This document shows, in pieces, positions 1 through 16,077 of a DNA stretch of 64,000 nt. The notes under the pieces were generated by a model. It saw only the letters and a program-made list of their open reading frames with translations. It made no database searches and was not told where the DNA came from. The stretch lies in NCBI GenBank assembly GCA_951406725.2, contig OX597835.1:32798001-32862000 (forward strand), in the 5' to 3' direction. This DNA comes from Octopus vulgaris (lineage: Eukaryota). Made by a program: the position numbers and the translations under genes. Each line of letters starts with the position of its first letter. The first letter of the stretch is position 1.

Positions 1-493
1 GAAGAAGAAGAAGAATCGACAATCCATCTCCTTGTGGCAAGAGGATATAATCTCCAGAATTTTTTGGAGAATATAGGACGGTACTTTTCTGAACGTCTAC
101 AGTATTAATCTCGGTTCTGATGTCTTTTAGTCTGTTAGGTAGAACTATTTTGCTGGATATAATGGAAAGTGTCAGCTGCCCACAGCTAGCAGGCAAAGGT
201 GACACTTGTTTACTGATCATAACTTGCAAAAAAGCTTGCAAAACCTTTGAAGGTACTAGCAATGGTGATTTATTGTAAGTGTTCAATTTTTATGTTTGTG
301 CCAATCTTTTTGATCCACGTTGTTACTTGAGTGCCGATACTTCCAAGCACGCCAATTGCTATTTCAATCATATCCACTCTCTTCATTGCCCATGGCTCGC
401 GTATTTCCCACTTCGATTCATCATAGCTCTTCACTTTCTCTTTCTCTTCATTCTCTTCAATCCTTTTGTCACAAGGACATGCTGTGTCGATTT

Positions 494-1128
<635 letters not shown>

Positions 1129-1394
1129 TTCACTTCTCAGAGCTCTCAATTACATTTCCTCCGGTTAATTCAGTAAGAGCGGACAATAAAATCTATTGTC
1201 AGAGGTTTTACAGAATCTCTTGCTACAATGCTTAACACACCCACGTTACCAATCTTAAGATCTTCACCGCCCCCAACAAAAGAACTGGAACATCATATAC
1301 ATGTTATATTTCTTACTCTTCTAATTGTTTATAATAATTCTCTCGGTATTTGTTTTTTCGTTTTTATTCTTTTACCTTCCATTTTTATCTTTTG

Positions 1395-1606
1395 TTTGTT
1401 TTAGTTATTGACAGTGGCCAGCTGGAGCACTACCTTGAAGGTTTATTAGTCGAACGAATCAATCGACCCCAGTGCTTATATTTTAAGCATAGTACATATT
1501 CTGTCGATACTCTGTACCGCACGGATACGTTACGAAGCATAAACGTACGAACACCGATCGCCAGGCAGTGGTGTGAATGAAACAGAAACGCAGCAAGCCA
1601 GCCGCA

Positions 1607-1653
<47 letters not shown>

Positions 1654-2327
1654 TGTATATATATATCTATGTATATATGTATATATATGTATATGTATAT
1701 TCATATATGTATATATATGTATATATACGTATGCATATATATACATATATGTATATGTATATATATGTATATATGTATGTATATACATACATATGTGTAA
1801 CTATGTACATACATACATATGTATGTATATATGTTTCCTTTTTATTTTTGTTTTTATATTTTCGTTTCTGAGTGAGTTCAAAAATTATTTGATATCCTGT
1901 ACACATTTATGCATGTATATATACATATATATGTACGTATGTACATATATGTATGTGTATATGCATATATTTATATATCATATATGTTATTATATACATA
2001 CATATATATGTATGTATATACATATATACACACACACATATATATACATATATATATGATATTATAATATACATACACACATACACACATATCTATATAT
2101 ATATGTCTGCGTGTGTGTGTATATATATATGTATGTATATATGTGTGTATGTATGTATATACATGTACAATGGCTTCTTTTGGTTTCCGCCCGCCTAAAA
2201 AAGCTGCGACGTCTTCGTCGACTCGGCACTATATAAGACACTTGCCCAAGTTGCTTCGCAGTAGAACCGAACCCGGATTTGTGTAAATAGAAAGCAAGCT
2301 TCGTAACACACAGCCACGCCTATGCCT
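1395..2327 (-). mobile_element. Degenerate SINE group A (tRNA head, CORE-like box, expanded internal TA/CA microsatellite, LINE-like tail)
   Basis: 1410-1575 matches the reverse complement of the 3' half of the intact copies (8648, 11066). 2165-2327 matches the head (gacacttgcccaag...cacagccac). Confidence 0.75.
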
Positions 2328-2885
2328 TTTGAGTGTTTCTTTAGGTTTTTAGGAAGAATGGTAACAGCTATATTACCTCTTCCTGTTGACTTAGTCAAAC
2401 CGAAAATAACGTGACAAGAACTGTTTCCATTTGTCATTTATTTTCAAAGTATAAAATGACAAGAGCATATCCTCTCTTGTTAGCAGGAATGCATCAAAGA
2501 ATTGTTTCTGGTGTTGTTAGGAAATGAAAAGAATTCCTGGTGATTGTATTTCAAAACGGAATAAAAGAATAAATAACGTGTTTTGTTTTTTTTCATAAAA
2601 TCCGTTTCCATAAAATATCATATCTAAACAGATATTCTGAGATATTGATGTTGATATTCTCGATACTATTGTGGCTGTTATTGTATTGTTCTTGGTGATA
2701 ATGAAGGCAACGACGATGTTGATAATGTTTATGAATATTATAGTCGTGATGCTGATTATAGTATTGGGTGTTGATATTCACGATGGAAACATTACAAAGA
2801 ATTACACATTTCCTTTGAATAACCGGTGGCCCCAACAAGATGTACAATACATCAAGCATTACAGGATATAGCCTTCCTTTGTAAA

Positions 2886-2995
<110 letters not shown>

Positions 2996-3120
2996 CATAC
3001 ATACACACATGATATGTCCAGTTATAATAAAAGCAGTTTTGCATTAATCTGATGATTTAACCTATATTTTTGTAGGGTGGAAATTTATTGATCTTAAACA
3101 AGAATGCTGTTCACAATGAC

Positions 3121-3243
3121 TTCGAAGTTTCGTCCTGCTATGGTGTCGTTGGACTGCGGTGCATTAGAGTTAGTTTCTATAACGGCAAGACTAACCGTAA
3201 TGCATAGCAGTCCGAAGATTGCGTAGCTAGCTCAAACTTCGAA
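3121..3243 (+). ncRNA. Imperfect G-U-rich hairpin, candidate pre-miRNA or hairpin RNA
   Basis: ttcgaagttt/aaacttcgaa, gctatg/cgtagc, ttggactgc/gcagtccga, gtgcatta/taatgcat and gttagttt/agactaac all pair around a loop of about 11 nt. Confidence 0.35.
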
Positions 3244-3297
3244 ATCCCTGTCAACAACATACCAGCATACGTGTTTAAGAATATTATATATATATAT

Positions 3298-3606
3298 ATT
3301 GTTTGTTCCTTCTCGGGGCACACCTGACACATAAGGGCCGGTTTCCCGGTTTCCTTGGCGTATAGGTTCTCCACCTGGACGGGACGCCGGTCCGTCGCAG
3401 GTGAGCTGCAAGATGCAGGAGGAAAGAGTGAGAGAAAGTTGTGGCGAAAGAGTCAGCAGAAGTTCGCCATTTACCTTCTGCCTAAGTCGCGTGGAGCTTA
3501 GGTGTTTCGCTCATAAACACACACACATCGCCCTGTCTGATATTCGAAGCCGCGATCACTCGACCGCGAGTCCGCTGCTCTAACCACTAGGCCATGTGCC
3601 TCCACA
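3298..3606 (-). mobile_element. SINE group C (tRNA-Arg-like head) with V/Deu-domain-like tail
   Basis: Reverse complement reads gtggaggcacatggcctagtggttagagcagcggactcgcggtc (A box and B-box-like element), has the same body as 13726 and 18001, then cctgcgacggaccggcgtcccgtccagg. Confidence 0.85.
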
Positions 3607-3639
3607 TACATATATGATTGATTGATTGATTGATTGATT

Positions 3640-3800
3640 CTAGTTTCAGCTTATGAGCTGTGGCCATGCTGGGGCACCGCCATTATATATATATATATAT
3701 ATATATTTGGTCGCCACGTGGCTATACTAGAAGACACTTGCCAAATGTATCATGCAGTGGGACTGAAGACAGAACCTTGGGGTTGGTAAGCAAGCTACTG
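3640..3800 (-). mobile_element. Internally deleted SINE group A
   Basis: Tail (gtttcagc..tgtggccatgctggggcaccgcc) and head (gaagacacttgcc..gcagtgggactgaa..ggttggtaagcaagcta) are joined by (TA)n. Confidence 0.7.
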
Positions 3801-4154
3801 ACGTAATTCTTGATTATATATGAAGAAATACGTATATGTACATAATAACATGTACGTGTATAAGTATAGAAACGTTTACGAAAAATTATGTTAGTTATAA
3901 TGTGTTTTTTTAATTAGGTATTAATGCCTAAGTACACGTCTAAATATATGAATGCATGTGCGTGTACGTACATATATATACGTGTATACATAGCATATTT
4001 TCTTAATCATATTTGTACCAACTGCTTGTGTATGCGTGTTTTATGGGAGTATACGTGTATGTATTTTTATATATATGCATATATTATTATCTAGAAGTGT
4101 ATATCTTGAATGCGTAGGCGAGCATACGTGTGTATTTATGTATTTATGTATGTG

Positions 4155-4212
<58 letters not shown>

Positions 4213-4283
4213 GTTTAAATATTTATTGGCTAAACTGCCAAAATGACCATTCCGAAATATAACAATATATATATATGTATATA

Positions 4284-4418
<135 letters not shown>

Positions 4419-4819
4419 ACATGTGTGTGTATGTATGTATATAAGTATGTATATATGTGTACTGTATATATAAGATGAAGGTTCTTCCCGACTATAATTA
4501 TTCTATGTGTTATCTATTTTTCATATTATTTCCATCAGTTTTATAAACAAATTATAAAAGTATTCACTTATTTATTTTCTTTCATTCATATGATATTATT
4601 TGCTGCAACTCACAATCTAACGTTTGTTTACCAGTTATTACCCTAATACAACCAATTACCCTCTGGCCAATGTTTATACCAATATTGGTAATTAAATCTT
4701 ATTCAGTCTGTTGAGGTAATTTTGTAGCATAACATCTACTAACATAAAAGTATGACTTTTCTATTCCTCTGAGGAAATTTTGCACTGTAAAATGTTTTTA
4801 CTTATTGGAATTTAATTCT

Positions 4820-4915
4820 TTGGGCAAAATCAAACAAGATGCAAAAACAGCTTTCGTAATTTCATCACCTCTTCCTCTCTAGAATTCTTCGCTGCCGGCA
4901 TAAACAAGCTCCATC
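4820..4915 (+). pseudogene. Mariner transposase C-terminal fragment
   Basis: Translates, with a frameshift, KTAF..FITSSSLEFFAAGINKL, which matches ETAFCDFIISLFSEFFTAGINKL of the mariner at 9391-10952. Confidence 0.7.
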
Positions 4916-5801
4916 TTATTTTAATTTGAATATTTGTAAACCAAGATTTATACGTAAGTGGTTTCGTGTCGGTCATTTTTTTTATTTTTTCAGATATGCA
5001 CACGCACTATATATTTGTTCTTCACTCATTACTTACTGTTCTTATTCTAACACATGTCCATTGTCCAGAAATCTTTCGTCACACATCTGTGACCTCCTCA
5101 GCAAAACGTTTTGCTTTTCCTGTGTACTCATGTCAGTTATATAGTGAGAAGAGTCTAAGTGATGAGGCTTCTATCACTACATAACTGTAACTCCTTTACC
5201 TTTTACACTATTATACCTCTCTCTATATCTATCACCCCCATTCCTTCTATCTGACATTCCTTTACTCTTTACCCTATCATCTTTTTACACTCTAATATAT
5301 TTCTCTCTCTCTATCACCCTCATTTCTCCATTACTACTTTCAAGTTATCATGACTGACCACTAACTGGTATACTTTCCCTGTCTTCATCTCTTTGTTATC
5401 TCTCTCCTTGTTTTTCTTTTTCCTTTTTTCTTTCTTTTCTTTATTCCTCTATTCCTGTTCTTTTTTCTTTTGTTTTCCTTTTTATTTCTTTTCTTTATTC
5501 CTCTATTCCTGTTTTCGATTTGAACTTACAAATACATTCCCTACTTTTAGGTCACTTTAAATATAACCCCCTATTCAATAGCACTGTGTACAAACTCTAT
5601 ACTTGGAATGGCCAATTTTAAATGCTATTGGAATTTACTCTTCAGCAACACTTGTCCTTTTCCTCTGCACTTTTGCTCCACTTACTTCATTCTGCTCTTC
5701 CATCATAAAATAAAACTCGCAAAATCTCGTAAACCCATAGCCTCATAATCTAGGTTCTCGTGAAGTGGGGCATTACTCTATATAAGTATATATATGTATA
5801 T

Positions 5802-7712
<1,911 letters not shown>

Positions 7713-8647
7713 TCTCGTCTCCGTCTCTCTGAATAATCCATCATCAGTCAAAAGTGAATATTGAAATATTTAAACGTTGAAATATCCTTCATAATCTTTA
7801 TTGATGAGAGACAGTCTTATCAAGCATTGTGTTAATGTTTCGTATTCTCTAATGAATGTAGTCTAACGTCACTGGTAATAACACACGTCTCTCACGAACC
7901 TGGACCTTTCAAAATCAAAATTAATGTCTCTTTTATCATACATGATGCTCTAAACAAGACCTCAGGAATGTCTGAATGTCTAATTTGTAACAAGTTATAA
8001 GAACATCGTGTCATCACCATTGTAGGATAACACAGACACCTGGCATTAATGAATGTGATGGAAATTTCCAGATCACTGTTTGTAAGGGAAAAATGGGCGA
8101 TAAAGAATTTAAAGTCTGATTGAATCACGTGGTTGTGGTGGGGTTAATATTCTAGGCCAACTTAATGAATTTTATTTATTTTCATGTTTCTACAGTTTTA
8201 ATAGAGTAAATGTATATATTCGATCTAATTCAAATTTTATATTATTAATATTCATTCTACCAATTCTTTAAGCAGATTCAACTATCAGGAAGCTCATAGA
8301 TAGACCACGAGAAAGATGGCTTGATAATATCTATGGTTTCAGTTTGTTGCGCTTGGGAACCAGTCATGAATATTTAATGATAGTTGTTTCTGACAGGAAT
8401 CTGAGACGAAATGAATGAATAAATGGCAGTTTTTAAATGCGACTCCTTTGTCCTTACACCTGTTCTTCGTTGTTGAGAATCGTTGGTGATGTTATGGTCA
8501 TGACAGCTGTATTCGTTCTGCCGCGGACCTTTCATCGTGAATCTAGGAATTCTACCCCACCACCTGCGAACGGTGGAGAGCGGAAATCGGTGGAATTGTT
8601 CTACATTGACTTTAAGAAGATGGACTTGTGGATTTCTTTTCAATAAT

Positions 8648-9051
8648 AGGCGGATGAGGGGCTGTGTGGTAAGTAGCTAGCTTAAAAACCACATGGTTCT
8701 GGGTTCAGTCCCACTGCATGGCATCTTGGGCAAGTGTCTTCTACTATAGCCTCGGGCCGACCAAAGCCTTGTGAGTGGATTTGGTAGACGGAAACTGAAA
8801 GAAGCCTGTCGTATATATGTATATGTATGTGTGTATATAGTTGTGTGTCTGTGTTTGCTCCCCCAACACCTCTTGACAACCGATGCTGGTGTGTTTAAGT
8901 CCCTGTAACATAGCGGTTCGACAAAAGATACCGATAGAATAAGTACTAGGCTTACAAAGAATAAGACCTGGGGTCGATTTCTTCGACTAAAGGTGGTGCT
9001 CCAGCATGGCCACAATGAAAAGACTGAAACAAGTAAAAGAGTAAAGAGTAA
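8648..9051 (+). mobile_element. SINE group A, near full length
   Basis: tRNA-like head (tgtgtggtaag..ggttcagtccc), cttgggcaagtgtctt CORE-like box, internal microsatellite and (gtaaaaga)n tail. Confidence 0.92.
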
Positions 9052-9466
9052 TATTTGAACTGTGTAAACAAAGTGCCTTTAAACCAGACATACATTATAG
9101 TTTGTATTTGCCTCCCTGCATTGTATATATTTACAAGTTTGAAAGAGCACAAATACGAAATATCATAGTCACAGACTGAAAGTGGTTTTTGCTTTTATGG
9201 TATTAATGTGTTAGACGTTAATACCATTAAAAAATGGAGTCAAGTAGGAATAGTGATTAGGTTGACGTACGGTATAAACTTTCGTCTTTGTACAAATTCG
9301 TATTAAATGATACAATAGACAAAGGTGAAAATCGATTATAACCGTTGATGCTCGATAGAGATAAATGTTATTGATACAACTGATAAAATAACAGGTCATT
9401 AAGAATGAAATGACCGATTTTGAACTGAGAGTTTATTTTACTTTATCTCCACAAAAAGCAATGCAG

Positions 9467-10763
9467 TTAATCAAAGTATGGGCCTAAATCATCAACACAA
9501 TTTTGCCATTTTATCGGTAGCTTATTTATGCCAGCAGTGAAGAATTCTGAAAACAAAGAGATGATGAAATCACAAAAGGCTGTTTCTTCGGATTTAAAGT
9601 TTTTTCCTTGCGAAAAGTTGTCTAATGCCTGGAAAATGTGATAGTCAGTTGGTGTAAGGTCTGGTGAATATGGTGGATGACAGAGTAGTTCCAAGTTCAG
9701 TCCTTGTAACTTGAGTAGTGTTCTTTGTGCAACATGTTGTCGACCATTGTTTTGCAAGAGAATTGGCCTGTCTCTATTGACCAATCTCGGTTGTTTAATT
9801 GCAAGTTCACTCATCATTTCATCCAGCTGGTTGATGCATACATCCGCTGTAAGTGACTTACCATCCAAGTCTCATGAAATCCTAGTAGATGATACCAGCG
9901 CTGGACCACAAAACAGACACCAGTAGCTTTTTTTCGTAAATATTCCTATTTGGTGTGTGTTTTGGAACTTTCAAACCACCCTGCAGAACGCTTGCTATTG
10001 TTGAAAAGAATCAGTTTTTCATCATACGTAACAATACAATGAAAAAGTGGCTCGCTTTTATGCTGTGCCAACAAAGAACTGCAAGTTTCAAGACGATGTA
10101 TCATTTGATTCTCGTTCAATTCGTGTGGTACCCACTTGTCCAGTTTCTTTACCTCGAAGATTTGTTTCAAATGGTCCAATACAATTGGAATCGAAACATC
10201 AAACCTTGCTGCAAACTCACGCGTAGTTTGGGATGTATCCGCTTCCACTACAGTTTCCAGCTCATCATTATCCACCTTGGTCTCAGGTCTACCGCAGGGC
10301 TGATTTTCAAGAGTAAAATCACCAGACCGAAACTTCTCAAACCATAACGTGCAGTGCGCTCATTCGCCACATCTTCACCAAACATCTCACTGATGTATCG
10401 TGCTGTCTGTGGTGTATTGGTTCCACGACAGAACATATATATTTCTTTACTACCCACAAGGGGCTAAACACAGAGAGGACAAACAAGGACAGACAAAGGG
10501 ATTAAGTCGATAACTTCGACCCCAGTGCGCAACTGGTACTTAATTTATCGACCCCGAACGGATGAAAGGCAAAGTCGACCTCGGCGGAATTTGAACTCAG
10601 AACGTAACGGCAGACGAAATACGGCTACGCATTTCGCCCGGCGTGCTAACGTTTCTGCCAGCTCGCCGCCTTGTATAACATATATAAGTATATATATACT
10701 TGTATAACGCCTTGTATAACAGAACATATATTCATAAACAACACGATTTTTTTATCTGTCCAT
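9467..10763 (-). pseudogene. Mariner DD34D transposase pseudogene
   Basis: Motifs WVPHEL, VTYDEKLILFNN, HPPYSPDLTPTDY. Contains stops, frameshifts and a SINE insertion near codon 12. Confidence 0.93.
10441..10718 (-). mobile_element. SINE group B (tRNA head + Meta/MESC-like domain) inserted into the mariner
   Basis: Reverse complement ggcggcgagctggcagaaacgttagc..gagttcaaattcc..gcctttcatccgttcggggtcgataaattaagtaccag. 13-bp TSD acagaacatatat at 10428-10440 and 10719-10731. Confidence 0.92.
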
Positions 10764-11065
10764 GGGTTCACAAAATTTTGTTTACAAGAGGAAACTTACA
10801 ATATAATGAGACACCCTGAAGGACATTTCGAAAAGCGATGATGTAAGTCTTGAATGTTGTAAAACAAAGATTTGTCAGAATAAAACACTAGAATTAACGA
10901 CTGTCAAACTTGGTGCATAAGAAAATCGGACTATTCATTCTTAATGACCTGAGAGATTTGAAACATTGCATTCGATGTATGTAAGACAACTGTGGTCGGT
11001 GCAGTAGTACTAACCAACATACTCTCAGTTTCAGGGGTAAAATATTACGTAAAAATATTCAGCAT

Positions 11066-11233
11066 AGGCGCAGGAGTGGTTGTATGGTAAGTAGCTTGCT
11101 TACCAACCACATGGCTCCGAGTTCAGTCCCACTGCGTGGCACCTTGGGCGAGTGTCTTCTGCTATAGCCTCGGACCGACCAAAGCCTTGTGAGTGGATTT
11201 GGGAGACGCTAACTGAAAGAAGCAAGCCCATCG

Positions 11234-11264
<31 letters not shown>

Positions 11265-11530
11265 GTGTGTGAATGTGTGTCTGTGTGTGTGTCTGTGTGT
11301 GTGTGTTTGTATGTCTGTGTTTGTCCCCCCAACATCGCTTGACAACCGATGCTGGTGTGTTTACGTCCCCGTAAACTTAGCGGCTCAGCAGACGAAAACC
11401 GATAGAATAAGTACTAGGGCTTACAAAGAATAAGCCTTGGGGTTGATTTTTCTCGACTAAAGGCGGTGCTCCAACATGACCGCAGTCAAATGACTGAAAC
11501 AAATAAAAGAGCAAAGAGAGTAAAAGAGTA
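11066..11530 (+). mobile_element. SINE group A, full length
   Basis: Starts aggcgcaggagtggttgtatggtaag, has an internal TA/TG tract, ends (gtaaaaga)n. Confidence 0.93.
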
Positions 11531-12383
11531 TATTCTCTGAGTTTAGTTCAGGCAAGGGATAACGAGCAAAAGAAAGGTGTGCTTTTACGATCAATGAACA
11601 CATTAGTTCAAATAGACAGAAAGCACTGTAGCCGTAAACCATACAATGAATATTTCAACTTATTGTGTTGTTTGTAAAGGCAAAGGACGATATTTCTTAA
11701 AGATATATTATTAATGTTCTAATTAAATTCAGTGCAAAAATAAATGTTTATTCTTGTTGCGTTAGTTATGCTAATAATAACAATATGACGGCAGCCCCGC
11801 CGCAACAATTTAAGAAAATATTTTGAATAATAGCTATAATGTAAAATAAGAATAGAAAAGTAAATGTATACTATGAGATTTATCAAATATTTGGGTTATT
11901 ATCTTCAAAGAAAAATAAATAATTGTGTACGTTTTCTATAAAACCACTAAGAAAACAAACAATGGAAGGATTCAGAAAAAGAATACAGAAGGAGGGAAAA
12001 AAAGAACAATTTTTCGAAATTACATAGAACATTAATCATTCTAATAGGGTGACTGAATCGGGTGGATCAACGGGGTGGATGAATCCAATAACTATGTTTG
12101 TCTTATATCTATAATATTCTGTGCAGCATGTATCGATATATCGATAAACATTTTTAATTAAATACGAACATTACACGATATAGCCAATATCACAAGTACG
12201 TACACAACGATATACACATTGTCGTATTATATACATATATTTATATCAACATATAAAAGTATACATATATTAATATATTCATATGTATATATAAAAGTAT
12301 ATATATATATATAAACATAACTATATAAGTATATATGTATGCACTTATGCAAACACACTCAGACAAATGTACACATATATTTT

Positions 12384-12492
<109 letters not shown>

Positions 12493-13029
12493 CACATATG
12501 TATACATGCATATACATATATATATATATTTATATATATTTCCCACAAACAAGTTATATATATATATGTATGTATGTATATATATATATACATTTGGTAG
12601 AAACTAGATTTTAATCAAGAAAGTATGCAATATATTTCTCTATCTCCTGGAAATTAACATTATTACTTTATATCATATTAAGTATGTGATTGAGTTGCAT
12701 CGAAGTATTTGCGCACACACGCGCGCTCGTGCGTTGCATGTATACTAGTCGTAGTACCCGTCAAAAAGCAGTGGGTCGCATATGAATACAGATTAGCATG
12801 CAAATATAAATTATATCATAACAAACCAACATTTTCTTTCAGTGGTGATTTTTGTCTTCTTTCTGCCGTTCAACATCGAATGGCGTTTCAATCACAAAGA
12901 AGGTCCTCTTTATACAGCACCTTTCTGCTTTATACATCAGGCTTCTGTTCTCTTTTTCGCAGGGCTTTCATTTCGCATGCAAAACCTTGCCTTCTTTCGC
13001 CCAAGTGTTTCATGTGTATTCGTTTTAAA

Positions 13030-13292
13030 AGAGTGGTTGTATACTGTCAACATAACGTGACAGTCCCGTATGGGAATTACACCACCGCTGTTTAACCCTA
13101 GGAAGCATCGAACGCTTCCTGTCGGCTTTGACACATTTCATGGTCTTTATATTTGTGAAAGGGAGGCAAGCACCCCCACCAGCCAAGATTCACACCTGAG
13201 GATATGCATGTTTCTGGGTCTTAACCCGTCATCAGCCCAGGATAGTGAGATCTGCTGACTGAGGTGCCTCTCTAGCCTTCACAAGCATATAT
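13030..13292 (-). mobile_element. Small structured non-coding HHR element (retrozyme-like), copy 1
   Basis: Homologous to 36001-36241 + 37971-38007 and to 59686-60119. Contains an HHR at 13195-13241. Confidence 0.75.
13195..13241 (-). ncRNA. Minimal type I hammerhead ribozyme
   Basis: cctggg CTGATGA cggg ttaaga ccca GAAA catgcata TC ctcagg; stems I and II pair and stem III is near-palindromic. Confidence 0.75.
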
Positions 13293-13725
13293 ATTTACAG
13301 TGAAAGGTATTTAAAAGGTATTTAAAATAACAAAAATATATTTATTTGCTAGTACTTTGTCCTATAGCCTAAAAATAGGTTACAGAGCAACGTAATTGAT
13401 CCGCGTGTTAAGTTCCAATAATTCGAATCCAAGAAAAATCGATTAACTGGTAGATTATATTTGGAAATTCTCTTACAAAGGTAGATGTTATTCAACTAAT
13501 TATGTTCCAGAGGCTTACAACAAAACAAAAATTAGGTTGCAGTGAATGAAAGAGATACCCTGTTTTGTGAAAGAAAGAGATACCCATTTTTCTGCAGCCC
13601 ATGGCTTCGTTCTCATTCTTTTCTATGCAATTATATCTTGTTATTTGAGTGATATTCATAAAGCATGAACGACCAAGCAGACGAAAAACAAGACGTCTAA
13701 CTTTGTCTTCTATATATAGCGATTT

Positions 13726-14036
13726 GTGCAGGTGCAATGGCCCAGTGGTTAGGGCAGCGGACTCGCGGTTGTAGGAGCGTGGCTTCGATTACCAGAACGG
13801 GCGTTGTGAATGTTTATTGAGCGAAAACACCTAAATCTCCACGAGGCTCTGGCAGGGGATGGTGGTGATTCCTGCTGTACTCTTTCGCCGCAACTTTCTC
13901 TCACTCTTTCTTCTGTTGGCCTTCTCGCTTAACCAACGGGGTGGCGTCACTTGAAGGATAAAACAATGCGAAGCACATTGTGACCAGTGATGTGTAGCAA
14001 CATCTGATAGCCTGGTTGGTCACGGTGATCACGGTG
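13726..14036 (+). mobile_element. SINE group C with RTE-LINE-derived tail
   Basis: tRNA-like head. 12-bp TSD atatagcgattt (13714-13725, 14037-14048). The tail (cacggtgat)2 aligns with the RTE 3' end at 38052-38110. Confidence 0.9.
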
Positions 14037-14099
14037 ATATAGCGATTTATAATATATATGTATGTGTATGTGTGTGTGTATTATATATATGAATATTTT

Positions 14100-15267
14100 T
14101 GTAGGTAGGCCCACACCCGAAACAGAGGAAGGATGCACATGCAGGGGTAATACAACATGTCCGTTGAAAGGTTACTGTAACAGGAAGACAGTTGTATAAG
14201 AAGCAGATGTAACAGCCATAGGACTCAATGGGCAACTGAGCATGTGGAAGTATTTGGGTGCAACAAAGGGCCCTTTCAGAACCCGCTTTAAGAACTACAA
14301 ACCCTCCTTCAACACCCTGAGAAACACAAGTGTCACAGAATATAACATAAACTGGCAGATCTTGGAGGAATGTAAACCGTACTTCAATAGCAATAGGAAG
14401 TGCAGGTTGTGTCGTCTGAGAAGAGAGCGATTTTAAAGACTACTCAACGCCCGAATATTGACCTGAACAGCAGGAGTGAGGTGGTTACTCCTTGTCAATA
14501 TGGAAGAAAGTGCATCCTATCGTACTTGCATGCTCCATCATGACTACAATTAGAGGTCTCCGACGTTGGCCTTGCACCAATACCCTCGAGCCGGGCAAAG
14601 AGTTTGACCAGAGCATTCACTAATGCACCCATGTACACATACGCATGCTCAAACCAGGCAAATACCCGCCAAATAGACTTTCGCCTACTACCCTCGACAT
14701 ATACCACTTCCCACACATTGTACCTCACATATACAGACCCGCCCCACACGCATACACATTACATACTGCAAGCTAACATAACATCCCCACAACCTTCATC
14801 AAGACAGAAGGAAAACAGGCTAACGAACACAATTAGATATAACTACACTCCTGGAAAAATTATACATATTACCCTACTACACATATCATATATCCCATCC
14901 TCGCAGGAGCACCACACTTAATAACTCACACATTTCCCACAAACAAGTTAACTCAAGATAACAAGATACATATAGATTTATATACATACATACATAATAT
15001 ATACATATATATATATGTATATATATATCCTCATCCATAACCCTCTTGTACTGTCTTATATTCCTCCCCACCACTACAAACTCAATACCACTATAAAATG
15101 GTTAAAACTTTTCACACAGGAACTTAGTTTGATTTGAAAACCCCACTAGTATGGGCGAAAGCGCTAATACATGATCTAAGTTATATGATGTATAAAAAAT
15201 GTAATATACAAATAAATATCTGTAAATATAAACCATCTGATTTTCTGAGTACCTCATTTCTTCTCAT

Positions 15268-15270
<3 letters not shown>
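14100..15270 (+). mobile_element. 5'-truncated Naiad-type PLE: GIY-YIG C-terminus and 3' UTR
   Basis: CTCRGNTTCPLKGYC..YLGATKGPFRTRFKNY..YNINWQIL..CRLC..LNSRSE parallels the Naiad endonuclease at 51341-51800. HHR-like motif at 15131-15170. Confidence 0.8.
15131..15170 (+). ncRNA. Minimal HHR-like motif with U3-A8 core
   Basis: gat TTGAAAA c ccca ctagta tggg c GAAA GCGC TA ata; stem I is weak. Confidence 0.45.
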
Positions 15271-15314
<44 letters not shown>

Positions 15315-16002
15315 CATATACATATATACACATATATATATATATATATATATACATATATACACATATGTATATATATACATACACACACACACATATA
15401 TATATATATACATATATACATACACATATACATGCCCATACAGAAACATGTACACAGACACGCATACGTTCGGGATCGTACTATTTCGGTCATTACGAAG
15501 CATTCATAACCAGAGATGAGGATAAGTACGAAGCGAACAAATCTGACCAGACTTGAAGTAAAATATCAATTTAATATTAAGCTCAATATAATCAACTACA
15601 TTCTTCTCAAGACGCACCAATCTTTTTGAAAAGGGGAAGGACAGTCGAGAGAATGCAATTCTTGAAATCTCAAAACAAAGAAGATAATTACGGTTAAACC
15701 GTTTCATCCTCGGTTCAAATGACAACAATAAGAGAAAAATAATTGAGTATCAAGTAAGAGGTCTCGTAGCATTTAATTTAAATTTTCGTTTGAATTATTT
15801 CCTCTGTCAACTCCTTTCATCAGTCAGGTGTTAATGCTGTACTAACATATTGATTTTTAGGTATTTTAAAATCTCCTTTGCCTAAGTGGATGTGTAATAA
15901 GAACGAATACCAAACTACGATACAGTTCTATATTTAAGAGATGAGGAATTATATATATTATTTACATTTGACGGATATTTGTCCTCATCTTGTTTGTTGT
16001 TA

Positions 16003-16046
16003 ACACAACGTTTCGGCTGATATACCCTCCAGCCTTCATCAGGTGT
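16003..16046 (-). ncRNA. Minimal type I hammerhead ribozyme in a PLE remnant (about 15930-16226)
   Basis: acac CTGATGA a ggctg gagggtatat cagcc GAAACGTT gtgt. Confidence 0.8.
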
Positions 16047-16077
16047 CTCGGGGAAATTTCGAACCTGAGTTCTCATT

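Larger units (their letters stand above)
9391..10952 (-). mobile_element. Full-length inactive mariner (Hsmar1/cecropia-like) with SINE insertion
   Basis: TIRs caggtcattaagaatgaaatgaccgatttt (9392-9421) and aaaatcggactattcattcttaatgacctg (10922-10951). Length is about 1.27 kb without the SINE. Confidence 0.93.

Noticed and set aside
15785-15828. CTGATGA...GAAA on the minus strand as a hammerhead
   Set aside because: No stem II or stem I pairing.
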